A DNA stretch of 64,000 nt from an uncultured bacterium (GCA_963713925.1 OY970212.1:128001-192000); one strand, 5' to 3'. Positions 1 to 10,403 are shown, counted from the first letter of the stretch. A program made the numbers and translations. The notes: generated by a model not told the origin, from the letters alone.

Positions 1-2
1 CC

Positions 3-488
3 GGAATTGATCTCACCTATGCAGGTTTCGCGCAAGTCGGTTTTGATGTAGAGCTTTTACATCTTTTTGGAATTACCAAACAACGTCGAATAAAAATTGA
101 CCCGGCTCAAACAGAGTTGCTTTTACTTACAAAGGCATGCTCCTACAAAGATCCCGGCCTTGTGCAACGATTTAATTTGTATGGACAACTATTTGATTTC
201 TTCTGCGGTGCATCAATCAAGCTTGGATATCAATATTATAAACAAGGCGGAAGTTTGCTTTACTTGAAAGATTGTCTTCTTTCTCAAGTGATTGCCAATG
301 GAGCTAGAAATCTTGAGCAATGGACAATGCATCACATAATAGGTGTTGCAGAATATGATTTTTCATATCATCTATCGCAAGATTCTCGCTTTAAACCTTC
401 GTTGTCATTCTTTACACGGATTCCAATTGGTGGATCTAATATTGCACTCATCCCGACAGTCGGCTTGGTTTGCTCCTGTGCCTTCTAA
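3..488 (+). CDS. 5'-truncated hypothetical protein, possible outer-membrane barrel of the same family as 38534..40066
   Basis: Frame is open from the window edge (GIDLTYAGFAQVGFDVELLHLFG...). It ends in C-terminal Phe, and FDVELLHLFGITKQRR resembles LNLEVHWLFQNRQCR in 38534. Confidence 0.55.
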   Translation, partial: GIDLTYAGFAQVGFDVELLHLFGITKQRRIKIDPAQTELLLLTKACSYKDPGLVQRFNLYGQLFDFFCGASIKLGYQYYKQGGSLLYLKDCLLSQVIANGARNLEQWTMHHIIGVAEYDFSYHLSQDSRFKPSLSFFTRIPIGGSNIALIPTVGLVCSCAF

Positions 489-571
489 GTTCCGTTGAGT
501 TTTATAATATTAATCAAACGTTCTCAGATCGTTTAAGCATCACGCGAATAAAAATTCCGTGATGTAATAGG

Positions 572-645
572 CGTTCGTGGTGAGCGGCCTGTTCTACGAA
601 GCTTTAGCGAAGTAGAAAGCATCGTAAAGTCGAACCATTCGAACG
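572..645 (+). repeat. REP-like palindromic element family 1 (GTTCGTGGTGAGCG...GTCGAACCAtwCGAAC) with nested family-3 hairpin
   Basis: Matches copies at 13562, 13939 (reverse) and 59243 (reverse). Confidence 0.8.
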
Positions 646-697
646 TTTTCAAACACTCAAGTGAGCGTATTTATTGCAAAAAAGGAAACTGTTAAAA

Positions 698-3100
698 ATG
701 AAGATCAAATTCCTCCCTTCAATCTATTGTGCCATCTTTTCTTCCGTATTTTTTATCGTCAGTTCCGAACCTACCATCGGTTTTGAAGTGGTGCGTGATG
801 AGCCACGCCATTCAATTGATATATGGGTTGCTGCTACTTCGCAGGTGTGGGATCGATGCGATCGCGGCGACAATTCGTCAAATTATCATGATTCTGGATC
901 GCACAATGATCCGAACGATCGGGACAGAATATCGGATCATGAGCGCGACATGGCTCGTGAAGGTAGGCATGAGTCTCGAGAGAAAAATGATTACACGGAA
1001 GTATCGTCGACCGCGCACGGTTCGCGTCTCAATTTCGGTCCTCAAGTAAGGAAACGAATATCTCAACCGGGAGTTACTTTCAGGAGTGATGGGTTATTTG
1101 ATTCGTCCACATCACTGTCTGATTGGTCGGTGACCGATTTTTGTGGTGCAATCATCACCCAGAATGAAGCGTGTTATCAAGAGTTCAAAGAGAGTGCGCT
1201 GTGGCTTTCGAATGAAAGCGGTAGCAAGATTTTTATCAAACGTAGATTCGTGGAAGATGTTATACGGCGATATTCGTTGTATGAAAATCCTGCATTTATC
1301 CAAGTGATCAAAACACTGCCGTTCGTGCGTGAAAGTATGGCTCTTCTGGATTATGACATACGATGCGGAAATTTTTGGGTAGCTCCCGACGATCACGCGC
1401 GGAAATCGATTCGCACATTGCATGAGCAATTTGAAAAAGACAGGCGATACAAAGAGCAACGGGAAGTTTTACACAGCTATCACATTCCCGAAATAATTGC
1501 AGATCAAACTCGACCGAGTGTCACCGATCCGATGTATCACATCATCGATCCGAAGATGCAGCAGCTGTGGGACGCGCGACATGATGCTTATGAACAAACG
1601 AGAAATGACCCAACCGAGATTGCGCGAGAATACATGATCTCGGCGCAAACGCGCGATTATTTGCTCAATCACGGCATCAATCCCGACTCGCTACAATATT
1701 GCTGCGGCAACGCGATACAACAACAATTTCATAGAGAATATCTTTCGATCGCGAATGCTTTCGCGAAAATAGATGCGCTCGGCAAAGGCGAAGAAACAAT
1801 GCTCGATTTGATGTTCAAACTCATCAAAGAGGCGGCCGAGCATTATTATTACGAGATCGCGGCACTGGCTTCCGATTATTGTAATCAGGCTCTGTTAATA
1901 GCCGATAAATATCTGCAGGCATTCCATGAATATTGTCCGGTGTTATTGCAATATGCGGTAAAGGCGGCCTATGAAGTTGTAAAAACCGGTGTCGTGAGCT
2001 ATGCCAAGTTGGTAGCGGCCGTTACATTGGGAGTATATGATGCGGCGAAAAGCCTCGGCTATATGGCGATCCATCCGATACAAACAGTGGAAGACATGGC
2101 TACCGGCATGGCGCATTTGGGAATCATTCTGTTTAAACACGCAGTGCTCTGGCAAGAATATTTAGACTTATATGAGTATTATGAACCTGATCCGATCAAA
2201 AGAGCTGAAAGAGATAAAAAAGCCCGAGAATTACGTGCTCAAATAAAAAGCGATTATAAAACGGTTTATGAAACGGTAAGAGAATCAAGTAAGGGATTGG
2301 ATGAATTCGGCATCATGCGAAAAGGAGTCGCCTTTGCGGTCGAATGCGTGGTTTTGCACAAGGTGCAGGTAAAATTCTCCGGCGTCGTTAAAAAGACGGG
2401 GATCGCGGGAAAAATTAAGGCAAGTGCCAAGTCGTTTGCCGAAGATGCCAAGGCATTGCTCACAAACACACGGCCCGCTCGAGTAGCGGCGGCCATCGAG
2501 GGAGCTACCGCTCTGCTTGAAGCCGGAGGAATGACCGCTGAAGAATTGGCATTGCTCAACGCGGCGAAGGCTGCCGAAAGTGCGGCAACTGCGGCCGCAA
2601 ATGCCGGTAATGTGGCAAAAACGGCAGTGACCACCGCCGGTGAAATGGCTGAAGCCGTTACAGCAACCGTTGCCGAAGAAGCAGCTGAAGTAGCCGCAAA
2701 AGAAATCGTTGTAACCGGAGAAAAAGCTGCGGCCGAAGCTGCTGCAAAAGCCGTCGCGGAAGAGGCTGCATCTAAAACCGCAACCGCGGCCGAAAAAATC
2801 GTCCGCGCAGCAAGAACTGTCGAAGATATTTTGGAAGAATGTGTGAAGAAGCCTCAGAACAAGGCAAATTTTTTTACAAAGCAATACCAGAAAAGTGGAA
2901 ATTATCAAAGGGCTATGCAAGATTTTGAATCGTTATGTCCTAAAGATGTGAAACCGTTCACAAAGGGAGAAGTTTCTGGATTGCAAGGAAAGTTGGCGGA
3001 TGGAAGAAATGTTTCAGTAAGAACCGGAAGTTCGGGTGAAAATTTGCCAACTTTGCAAATACAAGAAGCTAAGATAAAAATTAAGATACGATATGCGTAA
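698..3100 (+). CDS. Putative polymorphic toxin 1 (signal peptide, central conserved domain, Ala/Glu/Thr linker, ~90 aa basic C-terminal tip)
   Basis: RBS aagga precedes ATG 698 and the N-terminus is hydrophobic. The tip (DFESL...GKLADGRNVSVRTGSS..PTLQIQ..KIRY) resembles small nuclease-type toxin tips as I recall them. Small acidic paralogous genes follow directly. Confidence 0.7.
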   Translation: MKIKFLPSIYCAIFSSVFFIVSSEPTIGFEVVRDEPRHSIDIWVAATSQVWDRCDRGDNSSNYHDSGSHNDPNDRDRISDHERDMAREGRHESREKNDYTEVSSTAHGSRLNFGPQVRKRISQPGVTFRSDGLFDSSTSLSDWSVTDFCGAIITQNEACYQEFKESALWLSNESGSKIFIKRRFVEDVIRRYSLYENPAFIQVIKTLPFVRESMALLDYDIRCGNFWVAPDDHARKSIRTLHEQFEKDRRYKEQREVLHSYHIPEIIADQTRPSVTDPMYHIIDPKMQQLWDARHDAYEQTRNDPTEIAREYMISAQTRDYLLNHGINPDSLQYCCGNAIQQQFHREYLSIANAFAKIDALGKGEETMLDLMFKLIKEAAEHYYYEIAALASDYCNQALLIADKYLQAFHEYCPVLLQYAVKAAYEVVKTGVVSYAKLVAAVTLGVYDAAKSLGYMAIHPIQTVEDMATGMAHLGIILFKHAVLWQEYLDLYEYYEPDPIKRAERDKKARELRAQIKSDYKTVYETVRESSKGLDEFGIMRKGVAFAVECVVLHKVQVKFSGVVKKTGIAGKIKASAKSFAEDAKALLTNTRPARVAAAIEGATALLEAGGMTAEELALLNAAKAAESAATAAANAGNVAKTAVTTAGEMAEAVTATVAEEAAEVAAKEIVVTGEKAAAEAAAKAVAEEAASKTATAAEKIVRAARTVEDILEECVKKPQNKANFFTKQYQKSGNYQRAMQDFESLCPKDVKPFTKGEVSGLQGKLADGRNVSVRTGSSGENLPTLQIQEAKIKIKIRYA

Positions 3101-3114
3101 TAATAGAGGAAAAT

Positions 3115-3522
3115 ATGGAAGAATGGATAGCGTGGGATCCGGTCAAATTAAATTCGGAATATTTTTATGTTTCGATGACCGATGTTGCCGGTCTTGAAAT
3201 AACATTAAGCCCACTGATAGAGAGTGGTGATAAAGTTATTAAAATTTGTTTTAAGGGGCTTGTTCAGGCATATCGATATACGGAAGAGTTGTATACGATA
3301 AAAACTATAGCATTTTTGCATGAAAAATATGAGCCTATCTTTTATACGCGCCGTTATTTTTTCAAAGTTAAAAACTCAGAATATATTGAATGGTTTTTTG
3401 ATATGGCCAGCGGCATTACCGATGCTACAGATCAACCATATCAACATTTCGTCATTTTTACATCTGATGCGCTCATTGACGTGATTTCAGCCGTAGAGCC
3501 GGTGGTTGAGTTCGAGGATTGA
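3115..3522 (+). CDS. Putative immunity protein 1a
   Basis: 135 aa, acidic/aromatic, starts 14 bp after the toxin stop with RBS gagga; paralog of the next gene. Confidence 0.7.
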   Translation: MEEWIAWDPVKLNSEYFYVSMTDVAGLEITLSPLIESGDKVIKICFKGLVQAYRYTEELYTIKTIAFLHEKYEPIFYTRRYFFKVKNSEYIEWFFDMASGITDATDQPYQHFVIFTSDALIDVISAVEPVVEFED

Positions 3523-3537
3523 TCTTTGGACACGAAT

Positions 3538-3951
3538 ATGAATGAAATATGGATTCGATGGCAGCCTATATCGGGTTTAAAAGTCCATTATTATATTGTA
3601 TCTATTACGGACAACGAACAGGGCTTTGAAATTATATTGGAACCGATGCGCAATACGGACAAAAATGTAAAAATTCGTTTCATAGAATCAATTGTCTCGT
3701 ATCGGTTAGTTGATGAGAGTTATGCTGCGGATTTAATTCCTACCAATGAAATGCGTGAAGATCCGACGACACCATGGTGTTTTTTTAGAGTTGAAAATTC
3801 AAGATACTTAAAGTGGTTTATTGATACATCATTGGGAATGGTAGAAATATATGGTCAAACGAAAGCATTTATCCATTTTTCAATTATAACACTTGATTCC
3901 GTGATTGATGTTATATCTCTTTCGGAACCGGTGGTTGAGTTCGAGGATTGA
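3538..3951 (+). CDS. Putative immunity protein 1b
   Basis: Shares W..W.P, YR..xE.Y, FF.V.NS.Y..WF, HF.I.T.D..IDVIS..EPVVEFED with 1a. Confidence 0.7.
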   Translation: MNEIWIRWQPISGLKVHYYIVSITDNEQGFEIILEPMRNTDKNVKIRFIESIVSYRLVDESYAADLIPTNEMREDPTTPWCFFRVENSRYLKWFIDTSLGMVEIYGQTKAFIHFSIITLDSVIDVISLSEPVVEFED

Positions 3952-3966
3952 TCTTTGGATACAAAC

Positions 3967-4083
3967 ATGAATGAAATATGGTTACCCTGGAAATCTATCC
4001 TTGATTTGAAGCTTCATGATAATATAGCCTCACTTAAACAGCGGCTGAAGTTTTGCTGCCAAATGTTCATATTTCAAACTTGA
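3967..4083 (+). pseudogene. Truncated third immunity paralog
   Basis: MNEIWLPWKSILDLKLH resembles MNEIWIRWQPISGLKVH of 1b. Similarity is lost after ~23 codons, with a stop at 4081-4083. Confidence 0.7.
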
Positions 4084-4117
4084 TTTTAAGCTAGTATTAT
4101 AAAAAGGATGTATAATA

Positions 4118-6862
4118 ATGAAATTAAGTTCGTATATTGGTATCGCACTTTCTATGGTCTCATGGAGTATGCAGTATACCGTGTGTTCAAAATCGGAAAC
4201 AGGAAATACTCTGATGGCTGTAAATACCAACCCTATTGATATTAAGAAAAAAGTTTTAAAAAATGGTCTGACTATTCTTGTCAGAGAAGTGCATACTATT
4301 CCGCAAGCAGCATTTCAAATATGGTATCAAGTTGGTTCTCGAGATGAAGCAACCGGAGAAAAGGGGATTGCTCATTTGATTGAGCACATGATTTTTAAAG
4401 GCACCTCAACCTATTCTGAATCAGATATTAATGAAATAGTGCATAAGCTTGCCGGAACTTGTAATGCATTCACCAGCTATGACTATACGGGATACACCTT
4501 TGATGTGCCAAGTCAGAACTGGAGGCCGGTTATTGATATTATCGCCGATTGCATGACCAATGCGCGTTTTGATAGCCAACATCTTGCATCAGAAATGAAA
4601 GCAGTCATTCAAGAATTGAAAATGCGTCGAGATAATTACCCTCTAACACTGGTTGAAAAACTGCGCGCTGCTATGTTTGCAGGACATCCATATCATTATC
4701 CTATCATCGGTGAAAAACAGGATCTCTTCAATGTACAGGGGCCTGATCTCAAACGATTCTACCAAAAACATTATCTTCCAAATAATGCAACCATTGTCGT
4801 GGTTGGCGATGTCAATGCGGCTGAAATATTTGATGTAGTTGAAAAAAAATTAGGAAACATTCCATCAAATCCCAACTATACGCGCGCCGATTTTCAATTG
4901 AATGAAGATATTATTTCTCGCACGGTTTCGTTGTTTCGAGAAATTACTCAACCGGTTTGCTTTGTTGCTTATCTGATTCCCGGGTCAACGACCGGAAATG
5001 ATGATTTGGTTGATTTGATACAGTATTTGCTTGGACATGGCAAAACATCTCGACTTCAACATTTGCTTGTTGAAGAAACTCAGTTGGTCACTTCGCTTGA
5101 TGTGTGGGCATGGAACTGCTTTGATTACAGCACAATTTTTGTTACTTTTGAGCCAAAAAACATGCAAGATCTTGGTCGCATCGAGCAGCTGATTCAAAAA
5201 GAAATTGATTCGCTTGCCAATGAGATTCCTGATGCGGAACTTCAACGCGCATTAAAACAGGCTCAAGTTGATTATTATAAGCTTCTTGAAAGTATACATG
5301 AGCAGGCGTCGCAAATTGGTAAATATTATTTGGCGACTAATAATGAATCATATGTTTACACCATGTTCACCGAGCCTATCGATTCATTAAAAGCTCGAGT
5401 GCGAAACTTAATTAAAACATATATGCGATCTTCCGTTGTGCATCGGGCAAATTTGCTTCCGCTGAACGAGAAAGATAAACAAGAATGGGCGCGGTTACAA
5501 AAAAAATCTGATGAGCTTGATACCACTATTCTTGCAAATCACAAACGTACGACTCCTGTTGAGCCCGGAAAAGCAGTTCATTCGATCAAGGCATCGCCAG
5601 TCAAAGATTTTAAATTTCCAAAAGCCGAGGTTATCCCTCTTGAAAATGGACTCACACTTCTTTTAAATAACAGTGGGCAAACGCCGCGCATCAGCATTGA
5701 GGGTGAGTTTAAGACAAAATATTATTATGATCCGGAAGACAAACAAGGTTTATTGAAATTCTTGTCATCGGTTATGGAAGAAGGAACGAAAAAATATACA
5801 AGCCGCCAATTGGCACAAGAGCTTGAATCGCGCGGGATGACTCTTGATATCTATCCGGGCGGATTTAGGATGAAGCTACTGGCCCAAGATTTGCAAAAAG
5901 GGCTTGAGCTTTTAATGGATGTGCTAACAAATGCACGGTTTGATGATGCTGATATTGAAAAGGTGCGGGCGCAAATGCTTGCAGATATCGATTCATTTTG
6001 GGACGAGCCAAAACGTTTTTCAAATTTCTTGCTCAAACAACAAATTTATAAGGGCCATCCATTTAGCAAGTCAGATATCGGGACAAAAGAGTCGATCAAA
6101 TCAATCACTAAGGCGGATTTGATCAATTGGTATAAAACACATATAACACCACAAGAAACTTCAATAGCTATTGTTGGGAATTATGACAAACAAAAGCTTA
6201 AAGCAGCCTTGGATGCAACACTCGCTCGCTGGACTGGGCCAAAAGTTTCATCAATTACATTCCCTCCATTGGCTCCTGTAAAAGCTGAAGAGAATATATT
6301 CACCATCAACCGAGATCAGGTTATTTTGGCTCTCGCAGGGCTTTCTATTGATCGACTGAATCCCGATTACAATAAGTTATTATTGTTTGATCAGGTGTTC
6401 GGTGGAGGTGTTCTTGGATCAATGGCTTCACGACTGTTTCAATTGCGTGAACATTCGGGATTATTCTACACCATTACCGGATCGACGGTGGTGGGAACAA
6501 CCGAGCAGCCCGGCATGGTGCTTGTCAAAACAATTGTATCCCTTGACCGTCTTGCAGAGGCTGAAAAAGCAATTAAGGAAACAATTGCAACAGTAATTGA
6601 CTCTATCACACCGGTAGAACTTGAACACGCAAAAGAAGCTATTATTAATAACTTGTCGAAGATGTTTGAATCAACAGGCACCATTGCGCAGGTACTTCTC
6701 TTTTTGAATCGATATAAATTACCTCAAGATTATTACGATACGCTAGCTTCACATTTGCAGAAAATAACTTTAGAGCAAGTGAAAGAAGCGGCGCGAAAAG
6801 TGCTTGATAATAATAAAATGTTATCGTATAAAGTTGGCCGTCAATTAGAAACAAAGAAATAA
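4118..6862 (+). CDS. M16 family zinc peptidase (PqqL/insulinase-like, fused two-half)
   Basis: HLIEH inverted zinc motif in GSRDE..GEKGIAHLIEHMIFKG; degenerate second half; hydrophobic N-terminus. Confidence 0.92.
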   Translation: MKLSSYIGIALSMVSWSMQYTVCSKSETGNTLMAVNTNPIDIKKKVLKNGLTILVREVHTIPQAAFQIWYQVGSRDEATGEKGIAHLIEHMIFKGTSTYSESDINEIVHKLAGTCNAFTSYDYTGYTFDVPSQNWRPVIDIIADCMTNARFDSQHLASEMKAVIQELKMRRDNYPLTLVEKLRAAMFAGHPYHYPIIGEKQDLFNVQGPDLKRFYQKHYLPNNATIVVVGDVNAAEIFDVVEKKLGNIPSNPNYTRADFQLNEDIISRTVSLFREITQPVCFVAYLIPGSTTGNDDLVDLIQYLLGHGKTSRLQHLLVEETQLVTSLDVWAWNCFDYSTIFVTFEPKNMQDLGRIEQLIQKEIDSLANEIPDAELQRALKQAQVDYYKLLESIHEQASQIGKYYLATNNESYVYTMFTEPIDSLKARVRNLIKTYMRSSVVHRANLLPLNEKDKQEWARLQKKSDELDTTILANHKRTTPVEPGKAVHSIKASPVKDFKFPKAEVIPLENGLTLLLNNSGQTPRISIEGEFKTKYYYDPEDKQGLLKFLSSVMEEGTKKYTSRQLAQELESRGMTLDIYPGGFRMKLLAQDLQKGLELLMDVLTNARFDDADIEKVRAQMLADIDSFWDEPKRFSNFLLKQQIYKGHPFSKSDIGTKESIKSITKADLINWYKTHITPQETSIAIVGNYDKQKLKAALDATLARWTGPKVSSITFPPLAPVKAEENIFTINRDQVILALAGLSIDRLNPDYNKLLLFDQVFGGGVLGSMASRLFQLREHSGLFYTITGSTVVGTTEQPGMVLVKTIVSLDRLAEAEKAIKETIATVIDSITPVELEHAKEAIINNLSKMFESTGTIAQVLLFLNRYKLPQDYYDTLASHLQKITLEQVKEAARKVLDNNKMLSYKVGRQLETKK

Positions 6863-6882
6863 TTATTCCAAGATTTGAAGAT

Positions 6883-6953
6883 ATAAAATGCCATGATTCG
6901 GGTCCCAAGCGCAGTGAAGTGAAGCTTGGGTTTGCTTGATCATGGCATTTTAT
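6883..6953. terminator. 15-bp inverted repeat (terminator-like) with a family-2 palindrome in its loop
   Basis: ataaaatgccatgat (6883-6897) pairs with atcatggcattttat (6939-6953); inner gggtcccaagc...gcttgggttt. Confidence 0.55.
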
Positions 6954-7013
6954 GTTTAGTGCTGATATGCTAGTATTGGTCAGTTATTTATATAAAATTT
7001 TGCAGTCGGAATT

Positions 7014-7826
7014 ATGAAGTCTATTTTACTTTTTTTGATGCTGTGTCCAGCATTTGATGTTCAATCGGCCAGTTGTTATGACGATATTAAAAGAATCAAA
7101 AGCGTGCTCAATGAGGCTGATCCCGATAAGGAATTAAGTTGTAGTAGGCAAAAATTGATTTTTAGTTGTATTGGATTTTCCAACAACCCAAGTACGCTCG
7201 ATGATGTGCTCGAGACATGTCTTCAGGAGGGGCAAAAGAAGATGGCATACAACAGCTTTATAGCTACTTTGGTGGGAGTCGGGGCAAATATTTCCGATGT
7301 TATATCTGGATCGAGCAAAAAAGATGAATATATAGTTACTGTGGCAAAAGCCACAAAGAAGCATTTGTTATGTAATGAACAAGTGCAGTTTAAAATTTTA
7401 TTGGGTACGAAGCTTTTTTCTGGTTGGTTGTTAAATGATTGGTTGTTGCTTGCAGCAGACACAGGAAGATATGAGGCGTTGCAGCCACTTATACAAGCAG
7501 GGGCGACAGTTTGCGCGACAGATTCTGATGGAAACACTATCCTTCACCTACTTACCCAAGATCCATACAAGAAAGAAGTTCCTAGTCCGAGCGATATTAT
7601 GTGTTCGAATGCTGTTGCATTAGAAGTCTTAGCAAAAAAAAACAGAGAAGGGGAAACGTTTCTTGATTGTGCGGATCCCAAAAAAGAAACAGGACAAAAG
7701 ATGATCCAAGGATGTTGGGATCGTTTTGTGCAAGAAGGCATTATTTCTGTCGGAGATAGAAGCCCCAGCTACACAAGAAAGAAGAAGCTTATGTTGGATG
7801 TTTTAAAGAAACAATCAGACGAGTAA
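7014..7826 (+). CDS. Secreted ankyrin-repeat-like protein
   Basis: Signal peptide; LLLAADTG..EALQPLIQAGA..ATDSDGNTILHLL and NREGETFLD ankyrin-type motifs. Confidence 0.7.
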   Translation: MKSILLFLMLCPAFDVQSASCYDDIKRIKSVLNEADPDKELSCSRQKLIFSCIGFSNNPSTLDDVLETCLQEGQKKMAYNSFIATLVGVGANISDVISGSSKKDEYIVTVAKATKKHLLCNEQVQFKILLGTKLFSGWLLNDWLLLAADTGRYEALQPLIQAGATVCATDSDGNTILHLLTQDPYKKEVPSPSDIMCSNAVALEVLAKKNREGETFLDCADPKKETGQKMIQGCWDRFVQEGIISVGDRSPSYTRKKKLMLDVLKKQSDE

Positions 7827-7845
7827 AAAAAATCAGAGGACGAGC

Positions 7846-8697
7846 GTGCAATCATCTTTTGAAACCAGGGGCCCCCAACTGGAACAAAGTGAGGTTGGGG
7901 TAAAAATATTTAAAAACATCATATGGGATTACTATTCAAATCATGCTCGAGCTTTTGCCTGGCGTCATGTTGATGATCCCTATAAAGTATTCGTGTCAGA
8001 AGTGATGTTGCAGCAAACACAAACAGCTCGTGTCATTGATAAATTTGCTGAATTTATGGCCCGATTCCCTACGATTGAAAATTTTGCGCACGCGGATTTT
8101 TTTGATGTGCTTCAAGCCTGGCAAGGGCTTGGGTATAATCGCAGAGGAAAGTTTCTGCATCAAGCGGCGCAAAAAATTGTTTCTCAGATGGACGGTAAAA
8201 TCCCCGATTCACCCGATATTTTAAAGACATTACCAGGCATCGGCCCAGCTACTGCGGCATCAATTTGTGCTTTCGCGTTTAATAAGCCAACCATTTTTAT
8301 AGAAACGAATATTAGAGCTGTATTCATCCATTTCTTTTTTCACAACGAAACGACAAAAATCTCCGATGCACAACTATTTCCGCTTGTTGAGCAAACGGTA
8401 GATCATGATCGAGCACGAGATTGGTATTATGCGCTTATGGATTATGGGGTTATGCTGAAAAAAGCTTTGCCCAACCCAAGCAGAAAAAGCAAACATCATA
8501 CTCGTCAATCGAAGTTTGAAGGTTCCGATCGACAAATTCGCGGCATGATTCTTAAGCTTCTTATTCAAGAAAAATCAGTTTCAATTGATCGACTTTTTCT
8601 CGCCATTGATCGAGAGCCGGAGCGCATCAACAAAGCGCTTTCGGAGCTTGTTGATGAAAAAATGGTGCAAATAAAACAGGGAACTATTTTTGTGTAG
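7846..8697 (+). CDS. mutY: A/G-specific adenine glycosylase, short form (no Fe-S cysteine cluster)
   Basis: PYKVFVSEVMLQQTQ, WQGLGYNRR, HhH LPGIGPATA, ALMDYG. Confidence 0.85.
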   Translation: MQSSFETRGPQLEQSEVGVKIFKNIIWDYYSNHARAFAWRHVDDPYKVFVSEVMLQQTQTARVIDKFAEFMARFPTIENFAHADFFDVLQAWQGLGYNRRGKFLHQAAQKIVSQMDGKIPDSPDILKTLPGIGPATAASICAFAFNKPTIFIETNIRAVFIHFFFHNETTKISDAQLFPLVEQTVDHDRARDWYYALMDYGVMLKKALPNPSRKSKHHTRQSKFEGSDRQIRGMILKLLIQEKSVSIDRLFLAIDREPERINKALSELVDEKMVQIKQGTIFV

Positions 8698-10231
8698 CTT
8701 CTGGAAATGTTCCCATTGATGATGCCATAAACACAGCCTCTGCCTGTCCCTTTTCTACAATAAAGCCGTTGTTCGAATGCACTTCTTTTGCATCAATCAT
8801 TCCACTGTATTGAATAAACGATTGATTGTTGGGTTGAGTAGGATCGATTTTCGTCTCAAACAAAGCTTTTTTTATTTTTGAATCGTGCAGGTAAATCGAA
8901 GAAGCACCATGCGCAACTGCCTGAGCGTAGTCTACACGTAGCTTGTTATTATTAAAAACAATGCTCCCTTTTTTCCGCGCGGTAGCAAATAAAAAAGTGG
9001 GAAAAATTTTTCTATCGGAACGCTTTGTTTTTTTACGTTGTATAGTGATGGTTCCTTCGGTTACATCTAAAGAAGCGACTCGTGCGTTAGTCATGATATT
9101 AACAACCGATTCTCCGGAACTTACAGAAAGTTTTGGAGCGTGCATTTTTCCGGTTACAATCGAACGAGGAAAGGAAATTAATTTGATCGATTTTCCGGTT
9201 TCTACATCAATATCGCATTCTCCCGCAATGCCTAAAGTTGAAGAGGGGTTGTGTAACAGCGAGAAGATTAATTCATTCTTCCTTTTACAATCAAACAATC
9301 CAAAATTATTAGCCTGCTGACTAAATGATTCATGCGCATTCAATGGTTGAGTTGTTGTATCATAATAATGAAGATTCACGGGCATGACCAGTTCACTGAA
9401 AGGTCTCTCGTTCAGTTTAGGATAGAGTGAATTCACGCTAGTATTCGCAGGTTTTTCCTGATCAAGCCGAGGATACAACGTGCCGAACGGTTGTACATCT
9501 TGTGAGGTGAAAACTTCAGAGTCAACAGGAGCAGTAGCTCCTTCGATTGTTCCGATCAAAGGAATAGTAGTCGAAGTTGATGTACCTACCTGCTGCAAAT
9601 CTTGAGGATTAAAAATTCCTGATAACGGTGGGGCGGACGGTTCGACGAACACAGCAGCCGAAGTAGATGCCGCTGCAGAATTATTAGCCCCCAATCTTCT
9701 AAATCCTCTATTATTTTCAAAAACGACTGTTGTTGCAGATAGCTCATCTGGCGTATCTCCGCCGATAGGCTTTGCAAGTTGTTTATATCTATCGACAGGT
9801 CTTGCATATCTCAAAGGCCATGGAATGCTGCCAATGTTTGGAGTTTTTAGATACGTAACTATTTTAAATAGAGGTGTATCCGATGACTTTATAACCAATT
9901 GATCATTCATATCGTTTCTTCGAGCAAACAATCGACCATTTTCCGAGACTATCGAAACAAAAGGTGCTATGTTTTCATCAATCTCAACATATGACTCTTG
10001 CGCATCGTCTCTTGCGAAAATTTTTGATCTCCAAAAACTAAAAAAGCTCGGCACGCTTGATAAAGGAGATTTTGTATACTTTCCGGCAGGTAGCACGATT
10101 GTTTTTTGGCTTCGATTTTGCCCGAAAACTAAGTTGTTATCTTTATCAATCTGCGGTATGTCGGCAGAAAAAGAGCCTGTGTAAAAACTAAGGACTGTTA
10201 TACCGACAAGAAACAATGAAAAAATTCGCAT
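8684..10231 (-). CDS. Secreted hypothetical protein, weak DUF2807/GIN-like flanks around a Pro/Ser/Thr-rich insert
   Basis: Signal peptide; VEIDENIAPFVSIVSENGRL; central low-complexity region with PSAPP, LYPRL, LYPKL. Confidence 0.6.
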   Translation of the reverse strand: MRIFSLFLVGITVLSFYTGSFSADIPQIDKDNNLVFGQNRSQKTIVLPAGKYTKSPLSSVPSFFSFWRSKIFARDDAQESYVEIDENIAPFVSIVSENGRLFARRNDMNDQLVIKSSDTPLFKIVTYLKTPNIGSIPWPLRYARPVDRYKQLAKPIGGDTPDELSATTVVFENNRGFRRLGANNSAAASTSAAVFVEPSAPPLSGIFNPQDLQQVGTSTSTTIPLIGTIEGATAPVDSEVFTSQDVQPFGTLYPRLDQEKPANTSVNSLYPKLNERPFSELVMPVNLHYYDTTTQPLNAHESFSQQANNFGLFDCKRKNELIFSLLHNPSSTLGIAGECDIDVETGKSIKLISFPRSIVTGKMHAPKLSVSSGESVVNIMTNARVASLDVTEGTITIQRKKTKRSDRKIFPTFLFATARKKGSIVFNNNKLRVDYAQAVAHGASSIYLHDSKIKKALFETKIDPTQPNNQSFIQYSGMIDAKEVHSNNGFIVEKGQAEAVFMASSMGTFPEATQK

Positions 10232-10403
10232 TTTAAAAACCTCATTTTTATATAAAATACTAATTAGCTCAATATGCTTGACAATATAGCATTAATTATT
10301 CAAGTTGACAAATGCTTCAATTTGTAGTTTGACGCTTTAATCTCATTCTCTTACACTGGAAAATGCTTATTTTTAAGATTTCTTAGCTCGAAAAGATACG
10401 TTT

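Noticed and set aside
2266..2920. Antisense ORFs of 122 and 211 aa
   Set aside because: Shadows of the Ala/Glu/Thr-rich linker of toxin 1 (GCN-rich codons lack antisense stops).
489..4117. Flanking direct repeat around toxin locus 1, as seen at locus 2
   Set aside because: Searched by eye and found none.
7846..8697. mutY as a pseudogene (no Fe-S cluster, ETN instead of DxN)
   Set aside because: The ORF is intact and short cluster-less MutY variants are known; not treated as novel.
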